From positions 288,001-352,000 of the forward strand of contig CAWCIZ010000002.1 of assembly GCA_963795855.1 (NCBI GenBank): a stretch of DNA of 64,000 nt. Reading direction: 5' to 3'. This DNA is from Vulcanimicrobiota bacterium (GTDB taxonomy: Bacteria; Vulcanimicrobiota; Vulcanimicrobiia; Vulcanimicrobiales; Vulcanimicrobiaceae). Numbering within the stretch: the stretch's first letter is position 1; every line of letters begins with the position of its first letter. Below are positions 11,153 through 21,588 of the stretch, piece by piece. The translations under genes were made by a program, and so were the position numbers. The notes beneath the pieces were generated by a model, which was not told the origin of the DNA, searched no databases, and worked only from the letters and a program-made list of their open reading frames with translations.

Positions 11153-11212
11153 CGAACTGCTCCTCCGGGCGCTGGTGGGAAAGTGGATATACGCAGGAGG
11201 GCGGGCGCCTCC

Positions 11213-11646
11213 CTATCGGCGCGCCAAAGCAACGGCGGCGCGCAGCGCCAGTATGTACGATTCAGCACCAAATCCGGCAATGCTCCCCGCACATGCCGCC
11301 GCGACCACGCTCGTGCGCCGATGCGGCTCCCGCGCGGCAATGTTGGTCAAGTGCGCTTCCACCACGGGGATGCGAATCGCCGAAACCGCATCCGCGATTG
11401 CATACGAATAATGGCTGTACGCACCGGGGTTGATCACGATCGCATCATAGACCGATCGCGCCGCGTGAACTCGTCGACGATGTCGCCTTCGCCGCTGTGC
11501 TGAACGAACCGCACCTCCACGTCGAGTTCACGCGCGAGGGCCGAAACGAATGCGTTCACATCCGCGAGCGTTTGTTTGCCGTAGATTTCCGGTTCGCGTT
11601 CGCCGAGCAAATTCAAATTCGGGCCGTGAATGACCAGCACTCGCAT
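11213..11646 (-). CDS. aroQ: Type II 3-dehydroquinate dehydratase, indels near 11440-11465
   Basis: HGPNLNLLGEREPEIYG, INPGAYSHYS.AI.DA, VEAHLTNI.ARE..R..S. Confidence 0.95.
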
Positions 11647-11696
11647 GCGCCGCCATTCGGGAAGAAAAATCAGGCGCCCTGGGTAACTTCGCGCGT

Positions 11697-12588
11697 ATGC
11701 CGGACCTCATCATCAGCGCGTCCGCGACCGATGCGGGCTTCTCCATCGTCGCCGCCATCACGACGGATTTGGTGCGTGAAGCGCAGCGGCGCCATGGCCT
11801 GAGCCCTACGGCTACCGCGGCGGTGGGACGGCTTACGACCGGCGCCGCATTGCTTGCCGCGAGCCTCAAAGGCAAGGAGCGGCTGTCACTGCAGATCGCC
11901 GGCAACGGCCCCTTGGGCCGAGTCGTCGCGGACTCGTGGCTCATCGACGAGGAACGAGTCGGCGCGCGCGGGTACGCGAAGAACCCGCACGCGGATTTGC
12001 CCCTGAACGATCGCGGCAAATTCGACGTCGCGGGAGCGGTCGGCAAAGGTTCGCTGCAGGTCACCAAGTCGTTCGAAGTCGGACAGCCCTATGCGGGCGT
12101 CGTCCCCCTCTACAGCGGCGAGATTGCGGAAGACATCGCCGCGTACCTCGTCAATTCGGAACAGATCCCGAGCGTCGTCGCGCTCGGGGTGCTCGCAGAT
12201 CCGCAGGCATCAAAGCCGCGGGGGGCCTCATCGCGCAACTGTTGCCCGGCGCGGACGAACGCGCGGTCGCCGCGCTCGAAGAGCGCGCGCTGCACATGCC
12301 GCCGATCACGAAACTCGATCGCCGATGGAGCGGATGCGCATGCGCTGCTGCACGCGCTCGCCGGTCCGGCGGAATTGCGATCGCACCGCACCATCGACGT
12401 GCAGTTTTGCATGCCGCTGCACCAAGGAGAAAGTCGAGGCAGCGCTCCTCGGGCTCGGCGCCGACGAATTGCACAAAATGGCGCGCGAGCGCACGGAGAC
12501 CGAAGCGACATGCGAATTCTGCAAGAAGATGTACGTATTCACTTCGGAGGAAGTGAACGAACTCGCTAGTCGGTTGGAAAAAGCCTAG
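11697..12588 (+). CDS. hslO: Hsp33 redox-regulated chaperone, frameshifted
   Basis: H.LSPTATAAVGR, GNGPLG, SGEIAED.A.Y..SEQIPS, AAGGL..Q, CRC...CEFC zinc site. Confidence 0.93.
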
Positions 12589-12797
12589 CCGGCGGTTCGC
12601 GGTACGACTCGATGCGCTGCCAGAAGCGCTCTTTTATCGTGCCGGCAACGTTTTCGTACCACCAGCCGCACTCGCAGCGCATCGGCGGGCCGCCTTCGGG
12701 CGGTGGATTGTATATCGCGCTTGCAGCGTTTGCAAACGAAGCTCTTGCCGGCGATGGGCTTCATCGACGACGTGTAGGTGACCGCTGGATCGGCCAT
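12566..12797 (-). CDS. Small putative zinc-ribbon protein, frameshift near 12700
   Basis: CKRC in one frame, PPMRCECGWWY in the next; directly downstream of tyrS. Confidence 0.55.
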
Positions 12798-12803
12798 TTC
12801 GCT

Positions 12804-13997
12804 TCATCCTTCGTTCGGCAGTACTCGAACAAACTTCCGCGACCCAACCGAAAGTACTGCCGATTGTGCGGCGGTCCACGGCGCGTTGGGATCGTTCACG
12901 AGTATACCATCGACCCTGACGCCGTTCCCCGAGATCAGTCGCTCGGCCGCGCGTTTGCTTTCCGCGAATCCCGCCGCGACGATGAGCTCCGAGACCTTGC
13001 GGGCTTCGCCGACGCGCATTTGCGGGACATTGTCCGCCGGCACCTCCTTCCGCTGCACCGTTCGCTCGAAATATTCCCTCGCCGCTTGCGCGGCATGCAC
13101 GCCGTGATAGCGAGAAACGATCGCTTCGGCGATGCGCTTCTTCTCGTGCATCGGGTGCAGGCGGCCGTCGCTCAGTCCATCGGCGAGCGTTCGCGCTTCT
13201 GATTCGGAAGCAAACGCGGCGAGGCGAGCATAGCGCGGAATCATGTCGTCGGTAATGCGCATCAACTTACCGAACTGCTGCTCAGCCGGCTCGGTCAATC
13301 CGACGTAGTTGCCTTTTGACTTCGACATCTTTTCGACGCCGTCCAAGCCTTCGAGCAGCGGCAGCGTCATGCAAATTTGTTCGCGCTGTCCGGCGTGACG
13401 CTGATAATGCCGCCCCATGAGCAGGTTGAAAAGCTGGTCGTTTCCGCCGAGTTCGACGTCGGCACGCAGGGCGATGCTGTCGTATGCCTGCGCGACGGGA
13501 TACAAAAATTCGTGCAGCGAGATCGGGGACCCCGCGCCGTAGCGCGTGTGAAAGTCCTCACGCTCGAGCATCTGCGCAACCGTCACTTGCGAGAGCAGGC
13601 GCAGCAGATCGGCCATCGTCAGCGGGCCGAGCCACGTCGAGTTGTATTCCAGCGTGACGCGCTCCATGTCGAGCACCTTGCCGGCCTGCACGGCATAGGT
13701 GGTCATGTTCGCCTCGATCTCTTCCGTCGAGAGTGGCGGACGCAGTTCGTTGCGTCCGGTCGGATCGCCGATGCGCGCGGTGAAATCGCCGATGAGCAGC
13801 ACGACCTTGTGCCCGGCTTCGACGAACTGCTGCAATTTGTGCAGCACGACGGCGTGCCCGAGGTGCAAGTCCGCGCTCGTGGGATCGAGGCCGAGTTTCA
13901 CGACCAGCGGGTTTCGCTCGCGAACGCGCGCCTCGAATTCTGGGCGCGTTTCGACGTGGTCGAATCCGTCGAGGAGATCTTGCGCGGAAAGCGGCAT
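12804..13997 (-). CDS. tyrS: Tyrosine--tRNA ligase
   Basis: KLGLDPT..LHLGH, ELGGNDQ.FN, KMSKS, C-terminal S4 domain. Confidence 0.97.
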   Translation of the reverse strand: MPLSAQDLLDGFDHVETRPEFEARVRERNPLVVKLGLDPTSADLHLGHAVVLHKLQQFVEAGHKVVLLIGDFTARIGDPTGRNELRPPLSTEEIEANMTTYAVQAGKVLDMERVTLEYNSTWLGPLTMADLLRLLSQVTVAQMLEREDFHTRYGAGSPISLHEFLYPVAQAYDSIALRADVELGGNDQLFNLLMGRHYQRHAGQREQICMTLPLLEGLDGVEKMSKSKGNYVGLTEPAEQQFGKLMRITDDMIPRYARLAAFASESEARTLADGLSDGRLHPMHEKKRIAEAIVSRYHGVHAAQAAREYFERTVQRKEVPADNVPQMRVGEARKVSELIVAAGFAESKRAAERLISGNGVRVDGILVNDPNAPWTAAQSAVLSVGSRKFVRVLPNEG

Positions 13998-14039
13998 GGC
14001 GGGGCGAGGTTCGGTCAGTGGGCGGGGCGGTCCTCGCCG

Positions 14040-16379
14040 CTATCGCAGCTCGACGATCGTGACGCCGCCGCCGCCTTCGTTTTGGTCGCCGTAACGTACG
14101 TGCTTGACCTGCGGGTGGCTTCGCAAAAATTCTTGCAGGCCGCGTCCGAGCAGTCCCGTGCCTTTGCCGTGAATCAAGCGCAGCGACGTGTTGCCGGCAA
14201 GCGCGGCTTCGTCGATCCACTGATCGACGATCGGCTCCGCATCAACATAGCGTTTTCCGCGAACGTCGATCTCCGCCGTGGTTCGGGTCGCCGCCTCGAG
14301 CCGCGGCGTATCGTGGCGCGAGACTGCGGGTGCGCCGCCGCGGCGTTCGACGTCCGTCTTGGCAACGACGGTTCTCATCGCGCCGACGGCGACGAGCAGC
14401 GAATCGCCGTTATCCGAGATCACCGTGGCCTCTTGGCCGTACGTGAGTAATCGAACGCGATCGCCCTCTTCGAACGTTCCGTCCGGGGCAGCGTCCGGTG
14501 TTTGCGGTTTGATGCGAAGATCGCGGCGCATCTGGTCGATCGTTCGCTGCAGCAGCGCGCTTTGACCGGGCGTCACCTTGGGCTTGACGGATTGTTGCTC
14601 GGCTGCGCGCCGCGCGAGTTCGCGGCTGAAATCGCGAAGCGCCTGCTGCATGCGTGCCTCGGCTGCGTCGGCGAACTCGCGCCGCTCGCGCTCGAGCGCT
14701 TCGGTGCGAGATCGCAAATTTTGCTGAAGGCGATCGATGTGGACGCGTTCCCGCTCGACGGTGTCGCGCTCCGCCTGAAGACGCGTACTCACGTCGGAAA
14801 GTTCCGCCAGCGCCGTTTCGTAATCGCGTTCGCGCGAGCCGAGTAACGCCTGCGCGCGCTCGATGATCTGCGGCGGTATGCCTTGCGAACGCGCAAGCGG
14901 AAAGGCCAGCGACTGCCCAGGCATGCCCACGTCGAGATGATAGGTCGGCGCGAACGACTCCGGATCGAAACGCACGCTCGCATTCGCGACGCCTTCGGTT
15001 TGGTGTGCGAACAGTTTCAACTCCGTCGCGTGTGTCGTCACGACGCCGCAGGCGCGAACCGCTAGCAGCCGCTCCAGCATCGCGACGGCGAGCGCCGCAC
15101 CGCTGGTGGGTTCGGTGCCCCCGCCGATTTCGTCGATCAGCACGATGGAGCGATCGTCGGAGGCGGAGATGATCTCGCGCATTCGGCGCAGATGCGCCGA
15201 AAACGTCGAGGTATTCTCAGCGATGGATTGCTCGTCGCCGATGTCGGCGAATACGCGCGTGAAGCGGCCGATGCGCGAGCCATCCGCGGCCGGAATCTGC
15301 ATCCCGCTGTACGTCATCGCAATGAAGAGTCCGACCATTTTCAGAGCAACGGTTTTGCCGCCCATATTGGGACCGCTGATGACGATGAGCCGCGTCTCGT
15401 CGCTCAGATCGAGCGACTGCGGGACGGCGCGATCGGCAAGCAGCGGGTGGCGACCTTCACGAATCGAAAGCGCCGCGCCGTCATCCAACTCCGGTATGCG
15501 CGCGTTCATCGAGAGCGCCACACGCGCCTTCGCGACCAGCAAATCGATTTGCGCGAGCATTTCGACGTTGCGTTCGATTGCATCCGCATGCGTGCCGACT
15601 TGACGCGAAAGATCTTGCAGGATGCGAGCGATTTCGCGCTCTTCTTCCAACCGAAGCGTTCGTAACCGGTTATTCGCCTCGAGCGCAGCAAGCGGTTCGA
15701 TGAAGAGCGTTTGACCGCTCGAGCTCGTGTCGTGAACGATGCCGGGGACTTCGCCCCCGAATTCGGCTTTGATCGGAATGACGAAACGGCCTTCCCGAAT
15801 CGTGACGACGGCGTCCTGGATCGCTTTTGCGTACTTCGACGAGCGGAGCAGCGCGGCGACGCGATCGCGGGCTTCGCCTTGCGCTTGTTGAATGTTTCGG
15901 CGTATGCGGCCGAGCGCATGGGAAGCGCGCTCGAGCACGACGCCGCGCTCGTCGATTGCGTCGGTAATCGCGCGCTGCAGATCTCTGGTCGACTGATAGC
16001 CGGCCACAAATGGGGCGAGCGCCGCGATCTGCTCGCCTTCCGCCTCACGGATTTTGTTGTGCGCCGCTGCGGCCGCAGCGACGGCGTCTCCGACGGCGCG
16101 CAATTCGGTCGCGCTCAGCGAGGTTCCGACCCGGGCACGCTGCGTCATGTCCGCAGTATCCAGCGCAGGCAAAACGTGAAGGTCGATTCGCACGATGAGT
16201 TCGCGCGCGGCCTCCGTTGCCGATTGTTCGCGTTTGATGCGCTCGAAGTCGACGAACGGAGTGAGGTTTTCGGCTAGACGGCGTCCGCGCTCGGTTCGCG
16301 TCTGAGCCACGACACGCTCGCGCACGCTGGCAAAATCCAACGTTTCCAGCGTTCGGTCATCCGCGAGTACAGACGTCAT
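14040..16379 (-). CDS. mutS2: Endonuclease MutS2
   Basis: SGPNMGGKT, DIGDEQSI..STFS.H, DEIG.GT, TTH, C-terminal Smr domain (IHGKGTG). Confidence 0.96.
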   Translation of the reverse strand: MTSVLADDRTLETLDFASVRERVVAQTRTERGRRLAENLTPFVDFERIKREQSATEAARELIVRIDLHVLPALDTADMTQRARVGTSLSATELRAVGDAVAAAAAAHNKIREAEGEQIAALAPFVAGYQSTRDLQRAITDAIDERGVVLERASHALGRIRRNIQQAQGEARDRVAALLRSSKYAKAIQDAVVTIREGRFVIPIKAEFGGEVPGIVHDTSSSGQTLFIEPLAALEANNRLRTLRLEEEREIARILQDLSRQVGTHADAIERNVEMLAQIDLLVAKARVALSMNARIPELDDGAALSIREGRHPLLADRAVPQSLDLSDETRLIVISGPNMGGKTVALKMVGLFIAMTYSGMQIPAADGSRIGRFTRVFADIGDEQSIAENTSTFSAHLRRMREIISASDDRSIVLIDEIGGGTEPTSGAALAVAMLERLLAVRACGVVTTHATELKLFAHQTEGVANASVRFDPESFAPTYHLDVGMPGQSLAFPLARSQGIPPQIIERAQALLGSRERDYETALAELSDVSTRLQAERDTVERERVHIDRLQQNLRSRTEALERERREFADAAEARMQQALRDFSRELARRAAEQQSVKPKVTPGQSALLQRTIDQMRRDLRIKPQTPDAAPDGTFEEGDRVRLLTYGQEATVISDNGDSLLVAVGAMRTVVAKTDVERRGGAPAVSRHDTPRLEAATRTTAEIDVRGKRYVDAEPIVDQWIDEAALAGNTSLRLIHGKGTGLLGRGLQEFLRSHPQVKHVRYGDQNEGGGGVTIVELR

Positions 16380-16500
16380 TGAAAGGGCGAATCGTGTCTA
16401 AGCCTGCAAGGGTGCCACGGCTGATAGTACTGCTTAAGCCCGGGCGGCCCGTTCTTCACTCTTTGCGGGCCGGCCGCATCAGCCGCACCCGGCGGGCGGT

Positions 16501-16533
16501 GAAAAAAGCGCGGTCACCGCAAAGAGGACCGCA
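16501..16533 (-). terminator. Probable intrinsic terminator after gatB
   Basis: Minus strand GCGGTC...GACCGC stem followed by GCTTTTTT. Confidence 0.6.
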
Positions 16534-16534
16534 G

Positions 16535-18013
16535 TCACGAGAGTTTCTGCTTGAGCAGCTCCTGCACGAGTTCAGGATTGGCTTTGCCGCGCGAGGCTTT
16601 CATCACTTGCCCGGTGAGGAAGCCCATGATGTTCGTCTTGCCCCCTTTGTAATCGGCAACGGCTTTTTCGTTGGTCGCCAGCACGTCGTCGACGAATTTC
16701 TCGATCGCGCCCGTATCGCTGGTTTGCGCGAGGCCTTCTTTTTCGACGATCGCTTTCGGCGCGCCGGCGCCTTCCCACATGCGCTGCAGCAATTCCTTGG
16801 CGATCTTCGAGTTGATCGTCTTGCTTTCCACGAGCCGGATCAGTTCGCCCAAATCTTCCGGAGTTACGGGCGAATCTGGAACGGGGATGCCGGTTTCGTT
16901 GGCCAAGCGCGAAAGATCGCCCAGGACGAAGTTCATGCTCTGCTGGGGGTTCCGGCTCGCCGTTACCGCGCGATCGAAGTAATCTGCGAGCGCGTAATTG
17001 TCGATCAATTGCGTCGCCTGCTTCACGTCGAGCCCGTACTCGCCGTGATACCGTTCGAACCGCTGCGGCGGCAGCAGCGGAGTCGCGTCTTTCACGCGAT
17101 CGACGAGCGCGCGGTCAATCTCCAGCGGCACCAGATCCGGGTCGGGGAAATAGCGATAGTCGTGGGCGCGTTCCTTGCTGCGCATCGAATGCGTCACGCC
17201 CTGCGTTTCGTCCCACCCCCGCGTCTCCTGAACGATGCGGCCGCCGGATTCGACGATGCCGATCTGACGCTCGATCTCGCTTTCGATGGCGCGGAAGACC
17301 GAGCGAAACGAATTCATGTTCTTGATTTCGGTTTTCGTGCCGTATTCACTCGCGCCGACCGGACGAATCGATACGTTGGCATCGCAGCGGAGCGAGCCCT
17401 CTTCCATCTTTACGTCGCTCACGCCCAGTTGCACGAACGTTCGCTTCAGCGCTTCGAGATAGCCGACAGCTTCTTCAGCGCTGCGAATGTCGGGCTCCGA
17501 GACGCATTCCATCAGCGGCACCCCCGCGCGATTGAAGTCGATCAGCGAGTAGCTGCTGCCGGCGATGCGGCCATCGCCGCCGCCTGCATGCGTCGATTTT
17601 CCGGTGTCCTCTTCCAAGTGAATGCGCGTGAGGCGGCACTCCTTCATCGTGCCGTCCTCGAGCCAGTAGCGCACCACGCCGCCCTGCGTGAGCGGCATGT
17701 CGTACTGCGAGATTTGATAATCCTTTGGCATGTCGGGATAAAAATAGTTCTTCCGATCGAACTTCGAGAACACCGGAATATCGGCGTTGAAAGCGAGGCC
17801 GGCGGCGATCATGTGCTCGATCGCCGCTTTGTTCGCGACCGGCAGAGCGCCCGGCAGCGCGAGACACACGGGGCACACCTTCGTGTTGGGTTCGCCGCCG
17901 AATTCGTTCGGGCACGCGCAGAACATCTTCGTTTGCGTCTTGAGTTCGACGTGGCATTCGATCCCGATCACGGCCTCGTACTTCACACGCCAATCCGCAC
18001 TTACAGTAGTCAT
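16535..18013 (-). CDS. gatB: Asp/Glu-tRNA amidotransferase subunit B
   Basis: VIGIECHVEL, FDRKNYFYPD, HLEED, NRAGVPL, DYRYFPDPDL. Confidence 0.97.
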   Translation of the reverse strand: MTTVSADWRVKYEAVIGIECHVELKTQTKMFCACPNEFGGEPNTKVCPVCLALPGALPVANKAAIEHMIAAGLAFNADIPVFSKFDRKNYFYPDMPKDYQISQYDMPLTQGGVVRYWLEDGTMKECRLTRIHLEEDTGKSTHAGGGDGRIAGSSYSLIDFNRAGVPLMECVSEPDIRSAEEAVGYLEALKRTFVQLGVSDVKMEEGSLRCDANVSIRPVGASEYGTKTEIKNMNSFRSVFRAIESEIERQIGIVESGGRIVQETRGWDETQGVTHSMRSKERAHDYRYFPDPDLVPLEIDRALVDRVKDATPLLPPQRFERYHGEYGLDVKQATQLIDNYALADYFDRAVTASRNPQQSMNFVLGDLSRLANETGIPVPDSPVTPEDLGELIRLVESKTINSKIAKELLQRMWEGAGAPKAIVEKEGLAQTSDTGAIEKFVDDVLATNEKAVADYKGGKTNIMGFLTGQVMKASRGKANPELVQELLKQKLS

Positions 18014-19506
18014 GACGCCACTGCCGTGTCGGTCAAGGGCTCGAATTTCGCGGCATGCCGCGTGCCCTGTTCGTACGCGTGCGCCGCGGAAAGCAGGTTC
18101 GCTTCTTCGAAAAGCGGCGCGGCTAGCTGCAAACCCATCGGCATCGGCCGATCTCCGCCGTCCGGCGTGATCCACCCGCACGGCACCGAAAGTGCGGGCA
18201 GCCCGGCAAGCGACATTGGGATCGTGTAGTAGTCCATCATGTACATGCTATACGGATCGCTCTTTGCGTTGAACTGGAATGCCGGCGAACTCGCGGCCGG
18301 CGCGGCGATCAGATCGCAGGATTCGAACGCGCGCTTGAAGTCGCTCGCAAACATCGTGCGTGCCTTCTGCGCTTTCACGTAATACGCGTCGTAGTATCCG
18401 CTCGAGAGCGCGTACGTCCCGATGAGTATGCGGCGTTTGACCTCGGGTCCGAACCCCGCCGCGCGGGTCGATTCATACATGGCGCCGACGTCCGCGCCGT
18501 CGACGCGCAAACCATAACGAACCCCGTCGAAGCGCGCGAGATTGCTGCTGCACTCGGCGGGCGCGATGAGATAATATGTCGCAAGCCCGTACTCCGCGGT
18601 CGGAAGTTCGATCTCCACGATATCCGCACCCAGGTCCTGAAGTTCTTTGTACGCGCGCTGATACAGTGCGTGAATGTCCGGGCCAAGTTTTTCGGTGACG
18701 AATTGCTTGACCAGCCCAATGCGCAAGCCTTTGAGGTCGCTTCGCAGCTTGCCGCTCGTTTTTTCAACCGGACGATCGATGCTCGTGGAATCCATGCGAT
18801 CGTACCCGGCCATCGCTTCGTAGGCGAGCACGGCGTCTTCGACGGTGCGCGTAAGCGGGCCGATCTGATCCAAACTCGAGGCGAACGCTATCAATCCGTA
18901 CCGCGAAATCCGACCGTACGTCGGTTTGAATCCGACGGTGTTGCAGAAGGCCGCCGGCTCCCGAATGGAACCGCCCGTGTCGCTTCCCAAACCGATGGCT
19001 GCTTCATATGCGGCTACTGCTGCGACCGAGCCGCCCGAACTGCCACCCGGGACGCGGGAAAGATCGTACGGGTTGCGTGTGATCCCGAGCGCGCTGTTCT
19101 CGCACGAACTTCCCATCGCGAATTCGTCCATGTTCGCCTTGCCGATCGGGACGCCGCCCGCGTCGATGATGCGCTGCACCGCGGTGCACGTGTACGGCGC
19201 AACCCAGTCTTCGAGAATCTTCGATCCCGCCGTGGTTCGCGTGCCGGTCAAACACATATTGTCTTTGACGGCGATGGGTGCGCCGGCAAGCGGAAGCCGT
19301 TCGCCGCCGCGTACGCGTTCGTCAACGCGGCGCGCCGCTGAGCGAGCGAGATCGTGGAGACGCGTAAGGTACGCGCCGACGCGATCGTCGACGTGGTCGA
19401 CGCGCGCCAATGCCGCTTCGGTGACTTCGCTCGCGGAAATCGTTCCGGCGTTTACCGCGCGCGCCGTTTCCGCGGCGTTCATGCGAACCGCGTCGTTCGG
19501 CACCAC
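18010..19506 (-). CDS. gatA: Asp/Glu-tRNA amidotransferase subunit A
   Basis: GKANMDEFAMGSS, PGGSSGGS, GSDTGGSIR, SSNLARFDGVRYG. Confidence 0.97.
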   Translation of the reverse strand: MVPNDAVRMNAAETARAVNAGTISASEVTEAALARVDHVDDRVGAYLTRLHDLARSAARRVDERVRGGERLPLAGAPIAVKDNMCLTGTRTTAGSKILEDWVAPYTCTAVQRIIDAGGVPIGKANMDEFAMGSSCENSALGITRNPYDLSRVPGGSSGGSVAAVAAYEAAIGLGSDTGGSIREPAAFCNTVGFKPTYGRISRYGLIAFASSLDQIGPLTRTVEDAVLAYEAMAGYDRMDSTSIDRPVEKTSGKLRSDLKGLRIGLVKQFVTEKLGPDIHALYQRAYKELQDLGADIVEIELPTAEYGLATYYLIAPAECSSNLARFDGVRYGLRVDGADVGAMYESTRAAGFGPEVKRRILIGTYALSSGYYDAYYVKAQKARTMFASDFKRAFESCDLIAAPAASSPAFQFNAKSDPYSMYMMDYYTIPMSLAGLPALSVPCGWITPDGGDRPMPMGLQLAAPLFEEANLLSAAHAYEQGTRHAAKFEPLTDTAVAS

Positions 19507-19508
19507 GC

Positions 19509-19805
19509 TCAGCCTTCTTCCGCGATGATGCGCGGGACGCGGAAGAACGCGCCCTGCCGCTGCGGCGCCATCGAGAGCACCGTTTCGCGATCCAAACTCG
19601 GGCCCGCGACGTCGTCGCGCTCGACGTTGCGCGACTCGACGACTTGCGCCGTGGCCGGCACCGCCGCAGTATCGAGTTCGGAGAGGACGTTCACGTGCTC
19701 GAGCAGATCGCCGAGCTGCGCCCCGAAACGCTGCACTTCTTCATCGGTGAGCGCGATTCGCGCGAGCTTCGCGACGTATCTGACGTCAATCTTCTCTGAT
19801 GACAA
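19509..19805 (-). CDS. gatC: Asp/Glu-tRNA amidotransferase subunit C
   Basis: VRYVAKLARI...FFRVPRII; TTG start behind AGGAG. Confidence 0.92.
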   Translation of the reverse strand: MSSEKIDVRYVAKLARIALTDEEVQRFGAQLGDLLEHVNVLSELDTAAVPATAQVVESRNVERDDVAGPSLDRETVLSMAPQRQGAFFRVPRIIAEEG

Positions 19806-21291
19806 AATCCGGGTACTCCTGATGCGTAGACGTTGTGCCGGTAACCTCGCCCGCCGGCCACTGCGGAACGGGCGCGTCCTTGAACGCCTCGGCGACGACT
19901 TGCTCGCGAACGGCACTCTGGCTGTAGAGCGTTACCAGCGTCTCGATATGGCCGGTTTGCGGGAACATGTCGAACGGCTGCACGACGCCGAGCCGGTATC
20001 CTTTGGCCGCGAGGATCTTCAAATCCCGGGCGAGCGTTGCGGGATCGCAGGACAAATACCAAATGTTCGGCACGCCCGTCGCCGCAACCGCGGCAAGTGT
20101 GACCTCGTCGCTGCCTTTGCGCGGCGGATCGAGAAAAACGATCTGCGCTTGGCGCAGTTTGTCGTTCACCTCGCCCCGGCGCACCGCGTCTTCAACACGC
20201 GCGCACAGGAAGCGCACGGAGCCGTCGAGTTGGTTGAGGGCAGCGTTTTCCCGCGCCTCCGCGATGGCTTGGGGATTCTCCTCGACGCCCAGCACTTCGC
20301 TGCCGGATTTCGCGAAGAACAACGAAAACGTGCCGGCGCCGCAGTACAAATCCACGATGGTGCGCGGGACTTCGAGACCGGCGCGCATGAAGTCGAAGAT
20401 TCGCCCGACGATCTCGACGTTCACCTGAAAGAAGGAGCCCGGCGAGACGCGATACCGCACGCCTCCCATCAGTTCTTCGATTTGCGAGACGCCCTGCAGC
20501 AGCGTGTGCTTGCGGCCTAGGATCGCGTTCTGACTGGAAAGATCGTACGAATTCGTAATCCCGACGACGCCGGGCAAGTGGCGCATCAGCCCCGCCGCCG
20601 CTGCCGCGAGCTGCTGCGACGGTTCGTCGGAGGTGAATGTGACGACCGTCTGGTCGGTCGCCTTCGCGGTACGCGCGACGATGTGACGCGTATCGGCGAA
20701 TGCGCGTGCAAGTACGGGGTGCACCAGCGCTTCGTTGAGCCGCATGATGTGCATGCTCAGCTGGGGCATCACGATCGGGCAGCCGGCTATGGGGACGAGA
20801 TCGTGCGATCGCTGCTGATAAAACCCGAGACGCGGCGCGCCGTCGGCGCGCTCCACGACGAGCGACATCTTGTTGCGATAGGAGCGCGGATTGATCATGC
20901 CTATCGGATCGCGCACGGGCGCGGCGCCGAAGCCGCCGATGCGCTGCAGCGCATTCTTGACGACGTCGCGCTTCCAGCCCAGTTGTCCCGGATAGGTAAG
21001 ATGCTGAACCTGACATCCGCCGCATGTGCCGAAGACCGGGCAGAACGGCTGCGCGCGAAACCGGGAACCTGCGGTCAGCTGCAGCATTTCGCCGACGGCG
21101 TACTTGGGCTTTACCGACGTGATGCGCACGCGGGCTCGTTCTTGCGGCAACGGACCAAAACAAAACACCACCATGCCGCCGGTGCGCCCGACGGCCTGTC
21201 CATTTGCGAGAAGATCGGTGAAGCCGAGTTCGACCTCCGCGCCGACGCGCGGACGGGCGCCGGAGTTAGCCGGTATGTCTCTGGTCGTCAA
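19786..21291 (-). CDS. rlmD: 23S rRNA m5U1939 methyltransferase
   Basis: TRAM domain, CGGCQ Fe-S motif, SFFQVN, DLYCGAG, DPPRKG, YLSCDPATLARD, DMFPQT.H.E. Confidence 0.95.
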   Translation of the reverse strand: MTTRDIPANSGARPRVGAEVELGFTDLLANGQAVGRTGGMVVFCFGPLPQERARVRITSVKPKYAVGEMLQLTAGSRFRAQPFCPVFGTCGGCQVQHLTYPGQLGWKRDVVKNALQRIGGFGAAPVRDPIGMINPRSYRNKMSLVVERADGAPRLGFYQQRSHDLVPIAGCPIVMPQLSMHIMRLNEALVHPVLARAFADTRHIVARTAKATDQTVVTFTSDEPSQQLAAAAAGLMRHLPGVVGITNSYDLSSQNAILGRKHTLLQGVSQIEELMGGVRYRVSPGSFFQVNVEIVGRIFDFMRAGLEVPRTIVDLYCGAGTFSLFFAKSGSEVLGVEENPQAIAEARENAALNQLDGSVRFLCARVEDAVRRGEVNDKLRQAQIVFLDPPRKGSDEVTLAAVAATGVPNIWYLSCDPATLARDLKILAAKGYRLGVVQPFDMFPQTGHIETLVTLYSQSAVREQVVAEAFKDAPVPQWPAGEVTGTTSTHQEYPDFVIRED

Positions 21292-21517
21292 GCGTTTTGA
21301 GGAGCTGATTCGCCTCGTCGATCAGTTGCTGGATGCGCTGACTCGTGGGATCGGCGGGCCGGCGCGAAACGAGCGCCCGCACCACCGTAAACGCAAGCGC
21401 GGCGGAAAGACCCGCAACGCCGATCCACACCAGCGTGCGCGTCAGATTCGCATCCCGGCGTTCCTCCGAAGGTGCGCTGATCTCGTGAACGTCTTCGGCG
21501 TGCGGCGTGTGCGTCAA
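21266..21517 (-). CDS. Small single-TM hypothetical protein
   Basis: AGGAG RBS, one hydrophobic helix and a C-terminal coiled coil; first gene of the rlmD-gatCAB run. Confidence 0.65.
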   Translation of the reverse strand: MTHTPHAEDVHEISAPSEERRDANLTRTLVWIGVAGLSAALAFTVVRALVSRRPADPTSQRIQQLIDEANQLLKTLDDQRHTG

Positions 21518-21588
21518 GATTCTCCTTCTCCTGTGGTCCGGCGCCTACTTCGCTAGGGAACGCATGTTCTCATCGCGGATAGCGCGGC

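Noticed and set aside
13998..14039. T-box riboswitch upstream of tyrS
   Set aside because: Only ~42 bp of intergenic sequence and no T-box motif
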